Origin: Botryllus schlosseri
Lineage: Eukaryota
Length of the DNA: 64,000 nucleotides
Direction of reading: 5' to 3'
NCBI GenBank assembly: GCA_051294905.1
Contig: CM119371.1
Span: 14,758,001 to 14,822,000, forward strand
Within the stretch, counting starts at the first letter, position 1; every line of letters begins with the position of its first letter. The notes under the pieces were generated by a model. That model did not search any database and was not told the DNA's origin. It worked only from the letters and a program-made list of their open reading frames with translations. The position numbers and the translations under genes are program-made. Positions 24,601-36,815 of the stretch are shown here, one piece after another.

Positions 24601-25415
24601 GAAGCACGGCAGACAGTTTCGAAATGTCCTGTTTTCTCACACACCGAGCAATTGTAATCGGCAGCAGGACAGAAAAATCTACCAAACTGGTGCTTCTTAC
24701 CACAGTATTTGCATTTTATCAGCGACGTCTTGGCATCCTTTCCATCCTTCTGTCGAGCAGTAGATCCTGTTTTTAGTGGAGGTTTCTTTGTGACTGTATC
24801 AATCGTAGCAGATTTATAGGACGCGACACCCTGTTTGACGTATTCGCGTTTATCGATGATCGATTCAACTTTGCTCAGTGTCAAGGTTTTCGGATCCTCG
24901 GCGAAGAGTTCTGACAAGGTACCGGTGTCCATACAGCACAGAAGGAGTTTATCCATAATAACTTCCTCAAGACACCTCTGCGGATGATAGCAGCACTTGG
25001 CTGCAGCTTCGCGAACACGGAGTGACCATTGCAAAAAAGACTCGTCCTCCTCCCGTTTCAAGAATAGCCAAAATTTCCTTCGCATTCTGAAGCGATCATC
25101 ACGAAGCTCAAAGCACGCATCAAATTTCTCAATGACTAGTTTGTAGTCATTTTTATCCTCAGCAGGAATGTCTTGATCATTTTCTCGTCGAGCAGGAAGC
25201 CACGTGAGATTCTTGTAAATTGACTTTCCCTCCGGACCAATAAGACTCAGGAGGTGTCCTACCTTGACGCAGTCATCCTTTTGTGATAATTCTGCAGCAC
25301 AGAGATACGTTTCAAAGTCTTCCTTCCAATCAACCCACGCTTGAGGCGGGTTGGTTCCAGCCAGTGATAATGGCTTCGGGTGCAGTCCTTGCAAGGCAGT
25401 ATATCCACTAGCCAT
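21699..25415 (-). CDS. Gag-Pol polyprotein (Gag with two Cys-His knuckles, protease, RT, RNase H, integrase), truncated near the integrase C-terminus
   Basis: CKYCGKKH...CSVCEKTGHFETVC; VDTGAQVS; MCVDLTKLN, KLDANSGFYQI, CHMDD; ADSSSYGLGAVL, YAQIEKEALA, TDHQPL; HDAHQG...CEKC; VDYYS, VTDGAP. Confidence 0.96.
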   Translation of the reverse strand: MASGYTALQGLHPKPLSLAGTNPPQAWVDWKEDFETYLCAAELSQKDDCVKVGHLLSLIGPEGKSIYKNLTWLPARRENDQDIPAEDKNDYKLVIEKFDACFELRDDRFRMRRKFWLFLKREEDESFLQWSLRVREAAAKCCYHPQRCLEEVIMDKLLLCCMDTGTLSELFAEDPKTLTLSKVESIIDKREYVKQGVASYKSATIDTVTKKPPLKTGSTARQKDGKDAKTSLIKCKYCGKKHQFGRFFCPAADYNCSVCEKTGHFETVCRASAQTNIRSVESDTVGEDDVDGRSSPIAPVFVGSVIAAVDLDSAPNTDTVNMEPEIPHQGLTISTVEPAEDIGWFVKLKVALDLLTWCVDTGAQVSVMPLHIYKRQYGSIRPSDKRLMTAGNKELSTLGYVAMTLGFEDNSVVEKVYVVRDTPKLLLGIPGAFKIGLLQDVPGTVSIRAVDCAVTPSLRSKEEVMKAYPELFQGVGKMKGQYSIKLKANAKPFSLKVPRRVPIPLLGSLTAELNKLQKADIIEPVNEPTDWCAPIVVVPKKNSEIRMCVDLTKLNDSVDRELYPMPTVESTLGKIAEGTVYTKLDANSGFYQIELEPECRKLTTFITPDGRFRFKRLPYGIASAPEVYQRKMNQVLAGIPNVICHMDDIIIASSPQDYNTTLGLVLDRLRDEGITLNRDKCVFSATKLEYLGHVVGKDGIGKDPKKVEAIAKFSAPSDVPELRRFLGMTNQLMKFSPNLAELTKPLRDLLKKNTSWLWGAEQQLAFDQVKAELSSDVTLAMYSPDKETVISADSSSYGLGAVLMQRQVDNSLRPVAYASRSLTETERRYAQIEKEALAITWSMERWKELLIGLHQLRVETDHQPLVPLLSTKTLDELPLRVQRFRMRLMKFNFTISHVPGKLLYTADALSRCPLPTFEDVDGLHNETEAYVNAVTSSLPASCKQLDGIRSELQKDDVLRTVMQYVSSGWLKCKETLHGPLRPYWNDRACLSTYEGLLLKGNRLVIPCTLRQDVLRYLHDAHQGVTKSRLNASQSCWWPGISKDIEETVRNCEKCTEHQREKVEPMLSASFPERPWSRVGADFFQYQNSMYLLAVDYYSRDIEICIVSKTVNAAETILKFKKIFSRHGICETLVTDGAPMFSSRDFASFCESWKIEHIMSSPRYPQGNSEAEPAVQTIKNLLRKCDDEYLALLTYRNTPLAIGYSPAELSMGRKLITRVPCHPDDLLPKSVNRTAVKKA

Positions 25416-25468
25416 AATTCTGAGTAGCTAAGTAATTGCTATCAGCTGCTTTTATACTGCTGCCACCA

Positions 25469-25603
25469 TGTAGTAGCGTGACTGACGGTCTGTCTAATAT
25501 ACGAGACGTGAGTTCTCAAGCAGCCATGTATTCAGTGACGACCAAGCACCGAAGCACCTGCGATGTCGTCACACCCTAGTGGCGCCATAGAGCTACCACT
25601 ACA
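25469..25603 (-). repeat. 5' LTR (135 bp)
   Basis: Direct repeat of 20973-21107, adjacent to the PBS. Confidence 0.97.
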
Positions 25604-26067
25604 CCTACAGAGGCTAGTTATCTATAATTAAACAGTGTAAGTTTGAGATTTTGTCATTGCGTCTGAGATGTTCCAAGGGTTTTTGGCGGGGGGGCATAGC
25701 GTATAGTGGTGACGATGAGCGCCTACCAATCCGGCGGTCCGGCTCGATTCCCGTCGGAGGTTTATCTGGTGTCCTCTTCCCCCGCCGTCGTCGTTCTTAC
25801 GACGACAAAAAAGTCCAGAAAAAGACCCGAGAGAAGAAAGAAAGCACTCACTAGGTATGGAAAGAACTAGTAGAAAGGGCCGCGACTTCAACAAGATCAA
25901 CATAGAAAAGAACTGTGATATCCGGCACTCTAGGCCGGGGTGGATGTTAGAATGATAGGATCGCAACTGCGTGTCGTTCGACATCCTCCTATCTGTTCAT
26001 GACATCGCATTGTGTCTTATCGCATTGCACATTGTGTATGACTTGTTCAGATGAAAATATAACTCAA

Positions 26068-26068
<1 letters not shown>

Positions 26069-26120
<52 letters not shown>
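26069..26120. repeat. (GATT)n microsatellite
   Basis: About 13 perfect GATT units. Confidence 0.95.
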
Positions 26121-26503
26121 CCAGCAAGCAGAGGAAGGACACCTTTATTGTCACACCCCATCAGAGTGGTAAACCATTTAAAAAGTATGGTACACCTTCG
26201 GTTGCGAGATACACCCGATTGATAAGTAGCCTACTGATGTAGTCTACTCTGCAGACAATCTCCATCTCCTACTTCAACCACCTTCGTTTTATGGCGTAAC
26301 AATAGACTAATACCACGTAGTCTACTTATATCGTAGCAATGCCGCATTCTTTCCAAGCAGTGCTGCACTGCAGATTGAAACTCATTATGAAATGGCGGGC
26401 CGTATTCTTGTGATAACTAATTATGATGTCGCGGGCCGGACGATTTCGCTTAGCGGGCCGGATCCGGCCCGCGGGCCGTAGGTTGCCGACCCTTGCTCTA
26501 GGT

Positions 26504-27830
26504 CAAAACAATTTATTAAAGTTAGCCGATATTCATGATTATGACCTTGTCATTGGTGCTTTGAAGGAGCTCAATGTGAAATAGAAGAACACCACTGCGG
26601 CTAGGCATGGATTGTTGACTTGAAAACAACTGCCTGGCGAGACTATGGACAGTTCTGTCATTCTACTGCAAAGAATGTGGGTGTCGGGCAGTTTCTGCTG
26701 AACAAGACCGGTTGGAGGTAATTTGCGATGCGTTGATCGCGTGATTGCAATCTGCACCAATTCACGAGAGACTTCTGGAAGAAAGCGCGTTGACTTTCGG
26801 TGATGCCTACAAGAAGACACAAACAATGGAAATCACTTCTAGGGATTCCGATGCTTACCAAACTACTTCGTCATGTGCGACAAGTCTACATGTGCCGAGA
26901 CGACAAGGTTGTAATGAAACCCAGCATGAAGATCAGAGCCCTCGTCGAAAACCAACCTCTTCAAAGCCGCTTTGTTATTTTTGTGGAGACGCTATGCATC
27001 CTCGTGTGAATTGCTTGGCAACAGATGTCGTATGCAGATATTGTCAGATCACTGGCCATAACAATCTCGCATTCGAAATCTTCCCTTTATGAATACGGTA
27101 AGCGCCTCAATACAAGCACACGGGAAATAGAATTTGACCCGCAAACAACTCGATCAGCTACGGATCGATCAGTATGCAATGTTAAGGTTGTCAATTTAAA
27201 CGCTTCTTCAATCTTCATTGACGGATACTGGTCCTGGGGAATGTTTCATGTATCAACAATTTGGTGATGAATATAGAAAAAAATTGCATTGCTCATTGCT
27301 CATTGAATTCTCGACATCTTCCCCGCGGCCATTGGGAGGATGTGTTACTGGACGCTCTGCTTTCTATTCGGTTGCACTCCTCACGTGAGAATGTTTTGTC
27401 ACTCACACTGGTCGACAAATGGCACCTCCATTCCGTCGTGGTTGTAAAAGCTTGAAACCATGTCCTATTTACGTCAAGCGACATGAAGGATGAGTCCTTG
27501 GTGGACAATGCGGAGCTTCTCAAACCATACCCTGCTTACGCCCATGTCCGACTTAACGTTGGCAGATAAGCTATGGTATCGGTTCGGTATATGTCACCAC
27601 GCAGTACCACCGTCGAAACTGGGAGAGCAGAATTCGGTAACTACGGCGAAGATTGTCCGGTTGGACAACTCCCTAGCAAATACGCCGCGATTTGTAATGA
27701 CGCTATTGCCACCAGCACCGAGGGCGGGAATAACGAAAATCCGCAACCGAACATTGAGCATGAAAGACCACTGTTTCGTCCTTCAACGCGTGCTCGGAAG
27801 GCAGCAGATCAATACGAGGCAGTATGTATC
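26504..27830 (+). pseudogene. Decayed, internally deleted Gypsy-like element (gag plus integrase C-terminal remnants)
   Basis: DYDLVIGALKEL...ARHGLLT*KQLPGET; IHERLLEESALT; knuckles CYFCGDAMHPRVNC...CRYCQITGH; WEDVLLDALLSIR; YAHVRLNVGR*AMVSVRYMSP. No RT seen. Confidence 0.72.
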
Positions 27831-29651
27831 TATTATTGACAGCGTATCACATCCCAGTAATTGGTTCCTACTAAGTACGCACACCAAACGTATGTAGTCA
27901 CTTTAGTACGTGAGCAGTAGGGCAAGTTTTTTTTACCTGAAAACGATATATATTGTGGTATTGTGAACAAATCAAAACTTTAACGTTTTAGACTTTAAAA
28001 AACATGATTTCAAGGTAATTTTGACCTAAAAAACGACAAATTTTACATGATTACACTTTATTGTAAGGAAATCTGGACCTACGAAGAATTCCAATAGTTC
28101 CTACATGACACGTTGTGTCGTTGTGGTGGAAATTATCAACATTTATTGTAGTACAACAAAAGATACTTTCCTGCATTCATGGGTAGAAAGTGTCCGTCCT
28201 TAATAAGTAGCTTGCCAAGAAGAGAGTAAGAACGTTCAACAGCAGCAGTTGTTGGCTGGCAACTCTGAAGTTGTGGGTACAATGCTGGTGACACGCCGTG
28301 TTGCTTCATTCTAACAATGTTGTCTCCTCAACATCACAATTCTCCATCATGCCCTTATTGATATAAGAACCAATGCCCACACAGTCTTGCTTCAGGTAGG
28401 TTAGGATATTGCAGTACGATGAGCATAACACCGTGTCAACCTATTTGTTCCATTTGACCGTTTATGATTCACAATGTCCGCACAATGGGCCGGGAGCACA
28501 ATAAAGTAGGTTACAAGCTGTAAAATTTCAAATCATAATTTCACCGACTATGACAAAAGCAAGATACTGGTTGCAAAAAAATGGAGTTGTAAACAATTTT
28601 GATCTAACGCTACAATTTATGACTTTTTTGGACATGTCAAAAAAATCGCCGTATTGATGAGTTGCCTGGTGCTTTAGATGTCAGGTCTTGCATTGTTGCA
28701 GGCCTATATCATTTGTGTGTTGTTACAGAATAAGTTTTATAAAGCCAATCTCTTGGTCAGAACATGTGCTTTCAATTTGAACTATTTTGGAATAACCTGA
28801 GCAAAAAGCGGATGAGATATCCGAATCTACTGTCGATTCTATTGTGCTCGTGAAATCTTGCGAATTTACTTTTTATAACTCTTTTATAACTTGATGTTTA
28901 TTTCATGTTGTAGTTTAATGTTTGACTGTTTTGTATTATCTGTCATGTGTTCTTCATCTTTGTGAGCAGTTTTTGGCGATGAACCTTCTTTCACACTCGT
29001 ACACCTTCTTCAATTCGACGGTGTTGTCTCACTGCGTTCCCCTTCCTGAATTGCAGATCCAAATTCTGTTTCATTTCTATTCGTATTCTCACAGGAATTA
29101 AAACTAGCGATATTCTAGTGTAAAAACGTGTGCTTGAAACGGAAACAGGAGCATGCGGAGATGTCATAGGTCAACTTTCATAACTGATTGGCTTTATTAG
29201 TCTTCGTTTTTCCAACACATGGTGGATTGCCCATCTTATCGCAGTAGCTGGTCTGTCTTTAAGCCATGGTAATAACTGTAATTAGCTGCCGAAGATATCG
29301 ACAGCGCCCTGCTCTGAAATTTTTTGATTTTGACATGGCACCATGGTAAATAAGTGTCTACAGTGTCTATCCGCTTCCACCAGGCTCCCTAAAGCTGGTT
29401 TTTACTGCAAATCTAGACATTTTGATTAGCACCCAGAAGTCGGTTTTGACCATTTTCTTGTCCATTCCTTAGCTCTATGCTACATGCATCACTATATCGT
29501 AATGTTCCAGTTCATATATACAGTTCATATTGATTTGGCCTATTCTAACTGATTTCATGTGATACGTGTGATTATTCATGTTTGCTGTCAAAACAGATTA
29601 TGTCTTCAATTCTCTTTTATACAGCATATGCTTAATTAGTGACCAGCGATC

Positions 29652-31259
29652 ATGGTGCGAAAGGTATGTTTGGATGCAGAAAAGCATGGAGTGTCTATGA
29701 TGGCTGAATTACATCAAATGAAGCAACATAACGATCATTGTGATTTCATAATCCAAGTCGGAGATGATGTGTATCCTACCCACAAAAATGTATTGTCGGC
29801 TGGTTCCGCATATTTTAGAGCGATGCTGAAACACGACACAGAAGAGAGTCACGGAGGAAGAGTCGTTTTAAAAGATGTGGATTCAGAATGTGTCAAAAGC
29901 TGCATTGATGTTATATATTCGAGTAAATTTGAGATCCCAGATGGAAAAATCATTGAACTTTTTCACGTCGCTATTATGATGCAGTTGGAAGATATGAGAG
30001 ATGCAATATCCGATATTTTGGCAGAATCAATTACTGCTGTTGAGAATTACTTCTCTACAAGAAATGCTGGTGATATTTATGGACTGATTGATGTCACATC
30101 AAGATGCAGAATATTTTTAGAAGAAAATAGCATGGAAATCGCAAATGAGGCTGGATTTGGAAGCGTTGAAAGAAGTGACTTCTTGAATCTCTTGAAATCG
30201 TCAAAATCAAAGTTATGGGAAGAAGATAAATTAGTTTTAACGCTCAAGTGGATTGAGGGATGCGAAAAGAAGGAATGTTTGTATGAATGTCTAGAATTGA
30301 TCGAATTTGTCGAAATTTCTCCTGTGTTTTTGCAAGAACTTCTAGAAACTCACTCCATTTTCAAGCGTGACTCCGAGTTGGACAATTTGATCAGGAGCCA
30401 TATTCAAAAAGCATCGGTTGAACAGGTAAAGAAAAGGGAATTGATACTCCTTTTTGATGGGGACACCGACTGTATTCGATCCTTTGATCCAATTTCAGAG
30501 AAAATAACCAAGTTTCACGATGCAAAGTTTCGGCATTTCAATCAATTTGCAATAATTGTTCTCGACCTCTACATTTACATTTTATGTCAGGATAGATCCG
30601 TTCACCGACTCAATTTTAAGAAAAAAAAATCAAATTGGCAAAAGATGAAAGATATGATTTTTGACCATGGGTCACTCCCTTGCTCAGTGTCATTGTCAGG
30701 ATTCATATTTGTCATCGGCAGTGGATGTTTTCACCAAGCATCAAACGATGTGGAAAGATTTGACACATCTGCAAATCAATGGATTCAACTTCAAAAAAGG
30801 CCTACAGCAATTTGTGATGCAAGCCTTGTATCACTGGATGATTCCATTTATTGTATAGGAGGCTGGCGAGATCGTGTCGAACTTTCTTCATTCTGCAGAT
30901 TCACTCCATCTTCGTCACAATGGGTTGACCTTGAACCATTGGGATATACTGTGTCTAACTCTGGTGCTGTTGCAATTGATCAAAAGATATTTGTGATAGG
31001 TGGGTTGAGGTACTTTTCTACCGTTGATATTGTACAATGTTACGATGTCACCTCGGCTCAATGGACTTCATTGCCATCTTTGCATTGTGGAATTTGCAGC
31101 GCAGCTTATCACATCAACAACTGGATTTATATAATGGATGGGTACGTCAAATCTTATTACTTTGGGAAGTACGATTTGATAAAGCGGAAATGGTATACAG
31201 TGGATGACGGTACTGACCCAACTTTCCGACTTCACGGATCTGCGATGGTGAAAGTATAG
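29652..31259 (+). CDS. BTB-BACK-Kelch protein, intact, 535 aa
   Basis: Single ORF with all domains, preceded by a pyrimidine tract + CAG (29610-29625). Confidence 0.93.
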   Translation: MVRKVCLDAEKHGVSMMAELHQMKQHNDHCDFIIQVGDDVYPTHKNVLSAGSAYFRAMLKHDTEESHGGRVVLKDVDSECVKSCIDVIYSSKFEIPDGKIIELFHVAIMMQLEDMRDAISDILAESITAVENYFSTRNAGDIYGLIDVTSRCRIFLEENSMEIANEAGFGSVERSDFLNLLKSSKSKLWEEDKLVLTLKWIEGCEKKECLYECLELIEFVEISPVFLQELLETHSIFKRDSELDNLIRSHIQKASVEQVKKRELILLFDGDTDCIRSFDPISEKITKFHDAKFRHFNQFAIIVLDLYIYILCQDRSVHRLNFKKKKSNWQKMKDMIFDHGSLPCSVSLSGFIFVIGSGCFHQASNDVERFDTSANQWIQLQKRPTAICDASLVSLDDSIYCIGGWRDRVELSSFCRFTPSSSQWVDLEPLGYTVSNSGAVAIDQKIFVIGGLRYFSTVDIVQCYDVTSAQWTSLPSLHCGICSAAYHINNWIYIMDGYVKSYYFGKYDLIKRKWYTVDDGTDPTFRLHGSAMVKV

Positions 31260-33129
31260 ATCACTGATTCTTCAACTGAATGCCGTGCCTCTCCAAGGAG
31301 GACGTTGTATATTCCAACATGAACTAAATCCTTTGTGTAAATAATATTCATTGAGCATGGAATAACTTTAGTTGTGCTAAAACTTCTAACTGATTTGAAA
31401 TCACATTGTGTTCCGTTCAATCTGATTGCATACTAGATGAGATCTCATTTGCATGACAAAATTGGTGTTTTTCAGGTCGTACATGTAAAAGTACAGTTTA
31501 AATCGTTAGAATAACAGAAATGAAGCAGTTTTCGAGTAAGACTTGGCTATGTTATATTGTTGGCCTTATAAATCGAGTCCTACATCTAACCCTTATCCAA
31601 CCTCTATAAACCTAACCTCATCAAAATGGCGAATCCGAATTCATAATCCTGCCCATATTTTTCATTGACTCTTAATCGTTTCAAGTGTTTACCGTTTATT
31701 CCATGTGTTGTATACCCACGTTTCGTTTTGACCAACTTCAGAGCTTGGAGCCACAATAAAAAATTCTGAATCACACTCAGCGTTCTGCATGTTGTCTATC
31801 TAACAGATTACCTATTTGTTCAACACTGACTTCGACAAATAGATAATTCTAGTTGTCTAATGTCACTAAATTAGAGCGAAATGCCAGTAGTCTAATTTGG
31901 AAAAGCTTAAAATTTTCTAGTGGTCCAAGTCTATGGTTCAACAGAGCTTAACAAAGTTAGGTATGAATTATATTTGAAATGGCTATACTGCAGCCATGCT
32001 GTTCAGTCGAATGTGGCGAAGTTTAGAAATCGCTCCGATTTCACGGCGGTCTATAAGTGTGGAATTTGATGCGCGAGATATTTCGTGGAGTTGCACTTGC
32101 ATCGGATTGTAGCCGCTAAAGCAGAGATTGTCAGTAACACCTTATTTCTAATTTTTGGGAGAACTCAATTAGGTTCTGCACAATTGCACCACTTACCGTA
32201 CTCAAGTTCGTGTGATGTTAGATTCCTCGCCGACTAAATTTCTAGACAAAACTATTGTATGAATTTTAGATTTTGTGACGTAGATTGTAATTTTGCGGTA
32301 TGTTCCCATCGCCTGTATGAGTAAAATACCAACTGGGCTATGCCGACTGCATCACGGAATATAGTGATTTTTGAAAATTGCAGCGATTTGTAGTTATTTT
32401 GCAGTAATCGTGAATATATTCCCTGTAATTTTGAAAGAACCCTCCTCCTCGTTGAGATAATTCGAGCACTCAATCAAATATATTTTATTCAGTACTCAAG
32501 GCCCTAATTGGTTATTTTTCTAACAACCATTTTTTACTTCCACTTGAAGCTGTTTGACAACCTTTGAATTAAACGTCGTTACTTATATTTTTCTTATGCG
32601 GGAAAACTCTTAACGTCCCTTCTACTTGAGTACCAGGGATGAGTAATGCACGGCAGCATAAACGAAGTGTGCTGCCAGATACATCGACAGCGATGTAACC
32701 TTGGTCCATAATGAGTAATGACCAAGGCTTGTTGACAACCTGCACTGTTGATATGAGCAGGTGCAGGAATAACGCCCCCAGCAGACTTGTACAAACTACC
32801 GCTTGGTTGACGGTCACCTAACTACTTTATTTTTGAGCATGGCAGTCCTCAACTAGTTCTTCTCTACTTCTTGCACTACCTAGTAAATCAATTTTTTCGA
32901 TACATCTACTGGTTCTAATGTGTTGTGATTTACACTCTTTTCGCTATTTAAAGTTTGTAAAGTAGAAGTATTATATTCTTCCATTGCGAATGCAAAGTTA
33001 GAGAGAGAGAGAGGCAGGGACACAGCGAGACAATGGGATTTAGAGACTGATATTGTGGGGTACCAACACTTATTTACTTCTCCCAAAAGTTAAGTAACGT
33101 CCTAAAATTTCGTCGTGTTCCGCGTGAAA

Positions 33130-33640
33130 TAGAATATTTCAATGACTTCTTTACCTCTGAATCAAAAGCGCACAAGTACAATACACGCGCGTCCACGTCG
33201 TCCAAATATCACATGATCGACCGGAAAGATCATCGCTCCATCAAATATGCCGGACCTGATGTGTGGAACAGTATCCCGCCGGCCATCCGACAGTCGACGA
33301 GCATGTCCACATTCAAGTCGAAATACAAGCAATTACTCCAAAATAAATACAGTCCATCCTCAAGATTACCGGACCACGACTGACCTATCGATCTCGCTTC
33401 CCATGACATGCCGCCCTATTTCTTGTCGCTTTCTTTTTCTATACTATCTTCTTTACTTTCATTCAGTGTGCATGCCGCCTCTTTACATCGCCTAGGCCAA
33501 GGTTGGTGTCCGATTCCATAGACAACTCCTAGTCGCTTCGACATCTTCCTTTCTCTTCATTGGATCGCATTTTTGTGGTGTATTGAACTGATAAAATTGC
33601 TAATAAACCAATGATGATGATGATGATGATGATGATGGAT
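33130..33640 (+). mobile_element. 5'-truncated CR1/L2-type LINE 3' end
   Basis: Translates FNDFF...HKYNTR...SIKYAGPDVWNSIPPAIRQSTSMSTFKSKYKQLL, a typical ORF2 C-terminus. Followed by a 3' UTR and a (GAT)n tail at ~33611-33637. Confidence 0.82.
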
Positions 33641-34184
33641 TATGGAATGACAAATACGTTTTCACGGTTACGTGATTCTTTTCATACTGTACCGTTCTTT
33701 AAACCTTATCGCGCGTTCTATCGCAGTCAATACGACCCAGTGAAACGGTCGTAACTATTGTATCTGGGAAATAAGTAAATTTTCTGCAGCAAGACGCTGG
33801 TACGATAAATTCACGCCATCAGTTGGCGGGAGTAAGCCACAGACAAACACGGGAGTTCCCCTACCCGGTCGGACCTTCTTTCTTGCTTCAACGTCAGATT
33901 ATAGAGTATGACTGGAGTGACGACTCGATTGTTCTCCCATTGTTAGCCGGCAGAATGGTCACGGTCAGATGGATCCACCCAAAACAGGATCGCTCAGTGC
34001 TTGTTTCAATGGAGTTCAAGGCGATTCTTCGTGTATTTCTTGAAGTTGCGTCGGAATTAGTTAGACAGTTCAACATTTAGGCAGCGGTGGCGAGTCGTTG
34101 TGACTAGTGAATAATACCGTGTAGCCTCTGTTATATTTTTCGCCAGATTTAGATCATATTTCGTCACGGATAGAAATCGGTATC

Positions 34185-35215
34185 ATGACTGATTTAGCTG
34201 CATCACTTTGGGATGACTGGGAGGGACTGACTGAAATGGAAATTGAAGAATGTTTCGAAGGACTCGATAACTGGAAAGGTGTGATTTGTGAGGAATGCGA
34301 AGCATCCTTTCCGACTGTGAAAGCTCTGAAAAAACATTACAAAAATCATAAAGTTCCCACCACTACTTGGGATATATCCGAGGATGCTGTAATTGCTGTT
34401 TTGAATAGGACTTGTGTAAATACCAAAAAATACTTTGAATGCGCCCCATCATTCGAGGAACTAGACGTGATCAAAGCTGTTCCATTGGTGAAACAACTCC
34501 ATTCTGAATATTGCAAACTTGGTGTTGACGGATTTTATCAACATTATTCTAATATCTGTCACCAAGCTAACAAGTTGCTGGGTTTGCCGCAATTGCCAGC
34601 TTCAGCATTACTTTTGAAGATGTTTGATTCTCTCGTGTGCGGTAAAGAACAGGATCCAATCACAGAGATTGGGGGAGTCAACAGCAAGGAATCTGGTAAG
34701 TAAATAGCCTTTGATACTTTGCCTTTCCATGGAAAAACTTTGACATGTTTTTAGACATACTTGAATATATTGGTGGAGTGCTTTTGGGAGCCATTTCTAA
34801 GCAAGCTAACGAAGCAATTGCCACATGCCTAACATCTGCAGCGCCATCGGGAAACCTCATTAAAGTGATGCAGAAGAAAGTCGATGGATTGAAGAGCCCG
34901 TCTGAACAGTTTCATGGCATGGTTCTCCGCTTTTATGTTATCCACAGTAAAGAAATGGCAAAACCCCTGAAAAAGATCAATTTTTTCAGGGTACTTGACG
35001 CAATTCACTGTGATCCATTCTTTAACAAATTAATTCATACTGTGTCACTTCAATCTGGCTCAGACCTAAATGAGGTTGAGGATGTCATGGATAAGGCAAT
35101 GAGACACTTGAATAACATCTTGTCTCACAATTTTGCGAAGTTTGCATTGCATGAGAAGCAAAAAAAGTCCTCCAAATTTTCCAAAAGTTTGCGAGATGGC
35201 TTGAAAAAAAAATGA
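34185..35215 (+). CDS. Predicted two-exon C2H2 zinc-finger protein, 323 aa (exons 34185-34695 and 34755-35215)
   Basis: CEECEASFPTVKALKKHYKNH finger. A 59-nt GTAAGT...TTTTTAG intron joins the two ORFs in frame (KES-D-ILEYIGG). Basic C-terminal tail. Confidence 0.8.
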
Positions 35216-35502
35216 ACAATATGCTCTTTTAGTATGGTAGTTTTTTCTCTCTGTGGCAAATGCTGCCTATCCACATTGAGGTTCCCTACCTAAAAAAGGA
35301 AACCAATGCATTGGTCGAAACCTTGACGTGGTGCATTGGCTTACTACTAATGTCGACCGGCAGACGTCTTCCTGTGTTCTTGCCAATGAAAACGAATTCC
35401 CTTCAAGTGCGATTTTGCACACTTTCAAGAAGTAAGCTCTGGCTATTGTGAGTCGGGCTCAAGCAGAACATTAACATTACACAAGGCTCTTGTTCTAGTC
35501 AT

Positions 35503-36815
35503 CAGGGCCGTAACCGCACTTCGTCAGCCCCCCCCCCAAAACGTTGGTCATGGGCCCCCCATAGGGTGATAAACCGAACTTCTGGGGGCCTCGCCCCCCA
35601 GACCCCCCATTGGCTATACGCTGTGTACCGCTACTCATCATCTGTGTTCACCGTCCGTTTAGTGGGGCAGCTTTGGTCGTCCACACGCGCAAAGCGCAAA
35701 AAATTTCAAAATTCATGATTTAACCGGTCAATATGATTGGGAATTGAATATATATTGTTATCAATTTTTATCCTCTCTCTGCCCACGTAATCTGAATGAA
35801 CGGTAGACCTGAGTGAGGTGTGTTTGAAATGGTAGGAGCCCTCAATAATAATTGAACATCTTCGGGCGTATACCCGTTCGCAGGAACGAAACAGCACTTG
35901 GCCAGCCCCCCCCCAATAAAACTTGGGTCTTGGGCTCCCATAGGGTGATAAACCGCCCCCCCCCATCACGTTGTTCGCTTTTGTCACGAAATAAGGGCCA
36001 CAGTTTAGTGAGTCAGCTCAAAGCGCGAAAATATTCGATAATTCATGATAAAATCGGTCAATAATATTGGGAATTGCATATATATTGCTATCAATTTCTT
36101 GTTCACGTTGTCAGATTTACCGGTAGAGCTGAATGAGGTGGCTTGGAAACTGTAGGGCCCCTAAATAATAATTAAACATATTCGGGCGGGCGGCCCCGTT
36201 GGTATGACTTCGTTTCATGATGTCATTTCGTGATCTCCTGTCTGTTATATAAAAAAATACAGAATCGCTTAAATGTACTAGACTAACGACGAACGTGATT
36301 TCAAATTGGTATTTCTTTATGGGCAATGGGCATACAATTTTTCCCTGTGGATTATGGTATTTGTCTTCTGAGGTTCAGATTGCCAAGACAGGAACATTCG
36401 GCGCCAGTCATTTAGGCGCCTATGGAAAATTATACCTATATGCATTTTGCATATATAACGAAGTTTTCGGTCAGCGTAAGCGGGCAGTCCTTTTTGGCCC
36501 AGGTTTTCTCGCTGCCGATCGTTCTGGCACACTTCTTGGAGTCGCATGTTACATGTTCTAAAACTTTGAATGTCTCGCCGATATGTCCATTTCGATAAAT
36601 TTTGCGTATTTTGTCTTGGGGAAGAGTAGGCTACCAAATAACTAAGAAAGTTGGCAACTTGAAATCACACGCAGCGCGAAAATTTTTTGAAAAAGTTGCA
36701 TAAATTTTTGAAAAATACTCAATAATTTATGCTAATTCGCGAAATAATTTTGGGCCCCCTTCGAGCTCGCCCCCCCCCCAATTGGGGGGTTTGGGGTGCG
36801 GCAGTTACGGTCCTG
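35503..36815. mobile_element. Non-autonomous hAT-type element nested in the long-TIR element
   Basis: CAGGGCCGTAAC...GTTACGGTCCTG; TSD CTAGTCAT at 35495-35502 and 36816-36823. Confidence 0.9.

Larger units (their letters stand above)
20973..25603 (-). mobile_element. Full-length Ty3/Gypsy LTR retrotransposon, Mag-like
   Basis: Two 135-bp TG...CA LTRs and 5-bp TSD CCTAC (20968-20972, 25604-25608). On the minus strand, PBS-like TGGTGGCAGC next to the 5' LTR and PPT AGAAGGGAGA (21108-21117). Confidence 0.97.
19811..26495 (-). mobile_element. Decayed hAT (Charlie/SPIN-like) transposon interrupted by an LTR retrotransposon
   Basis: Ends CAGGGGTCGGCAACC...GGTTGCCGACCCTTG; TSD CTCTAGGT at 19803-19810 and 26496-26503; transposase remnants inside. 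Confidence 0.9.

Noticed and set aside
20973..25603. Diversity-generating retroelement-like system (RT next to variable genes)
   Set aside because: The RT is an ordinary Gypsy pol with LTRs and a TSD. No template/variable repeat pair or adenine-specific variation was seen in the Kelch genes.
25609..26340. ORF 25628-25984 and a possible retroposon tail at the GATT repeat
   Set aside because: No domain recognised. A minus-strand AATAAA before (AATC)n is suggestive, but boundaries and TSD could not be defined.
32540..32830. Possible transposase remnant (IMDQGY...)
   Set aside because: Only a short motif resemblance; no supporting ends or extended similarity visible.
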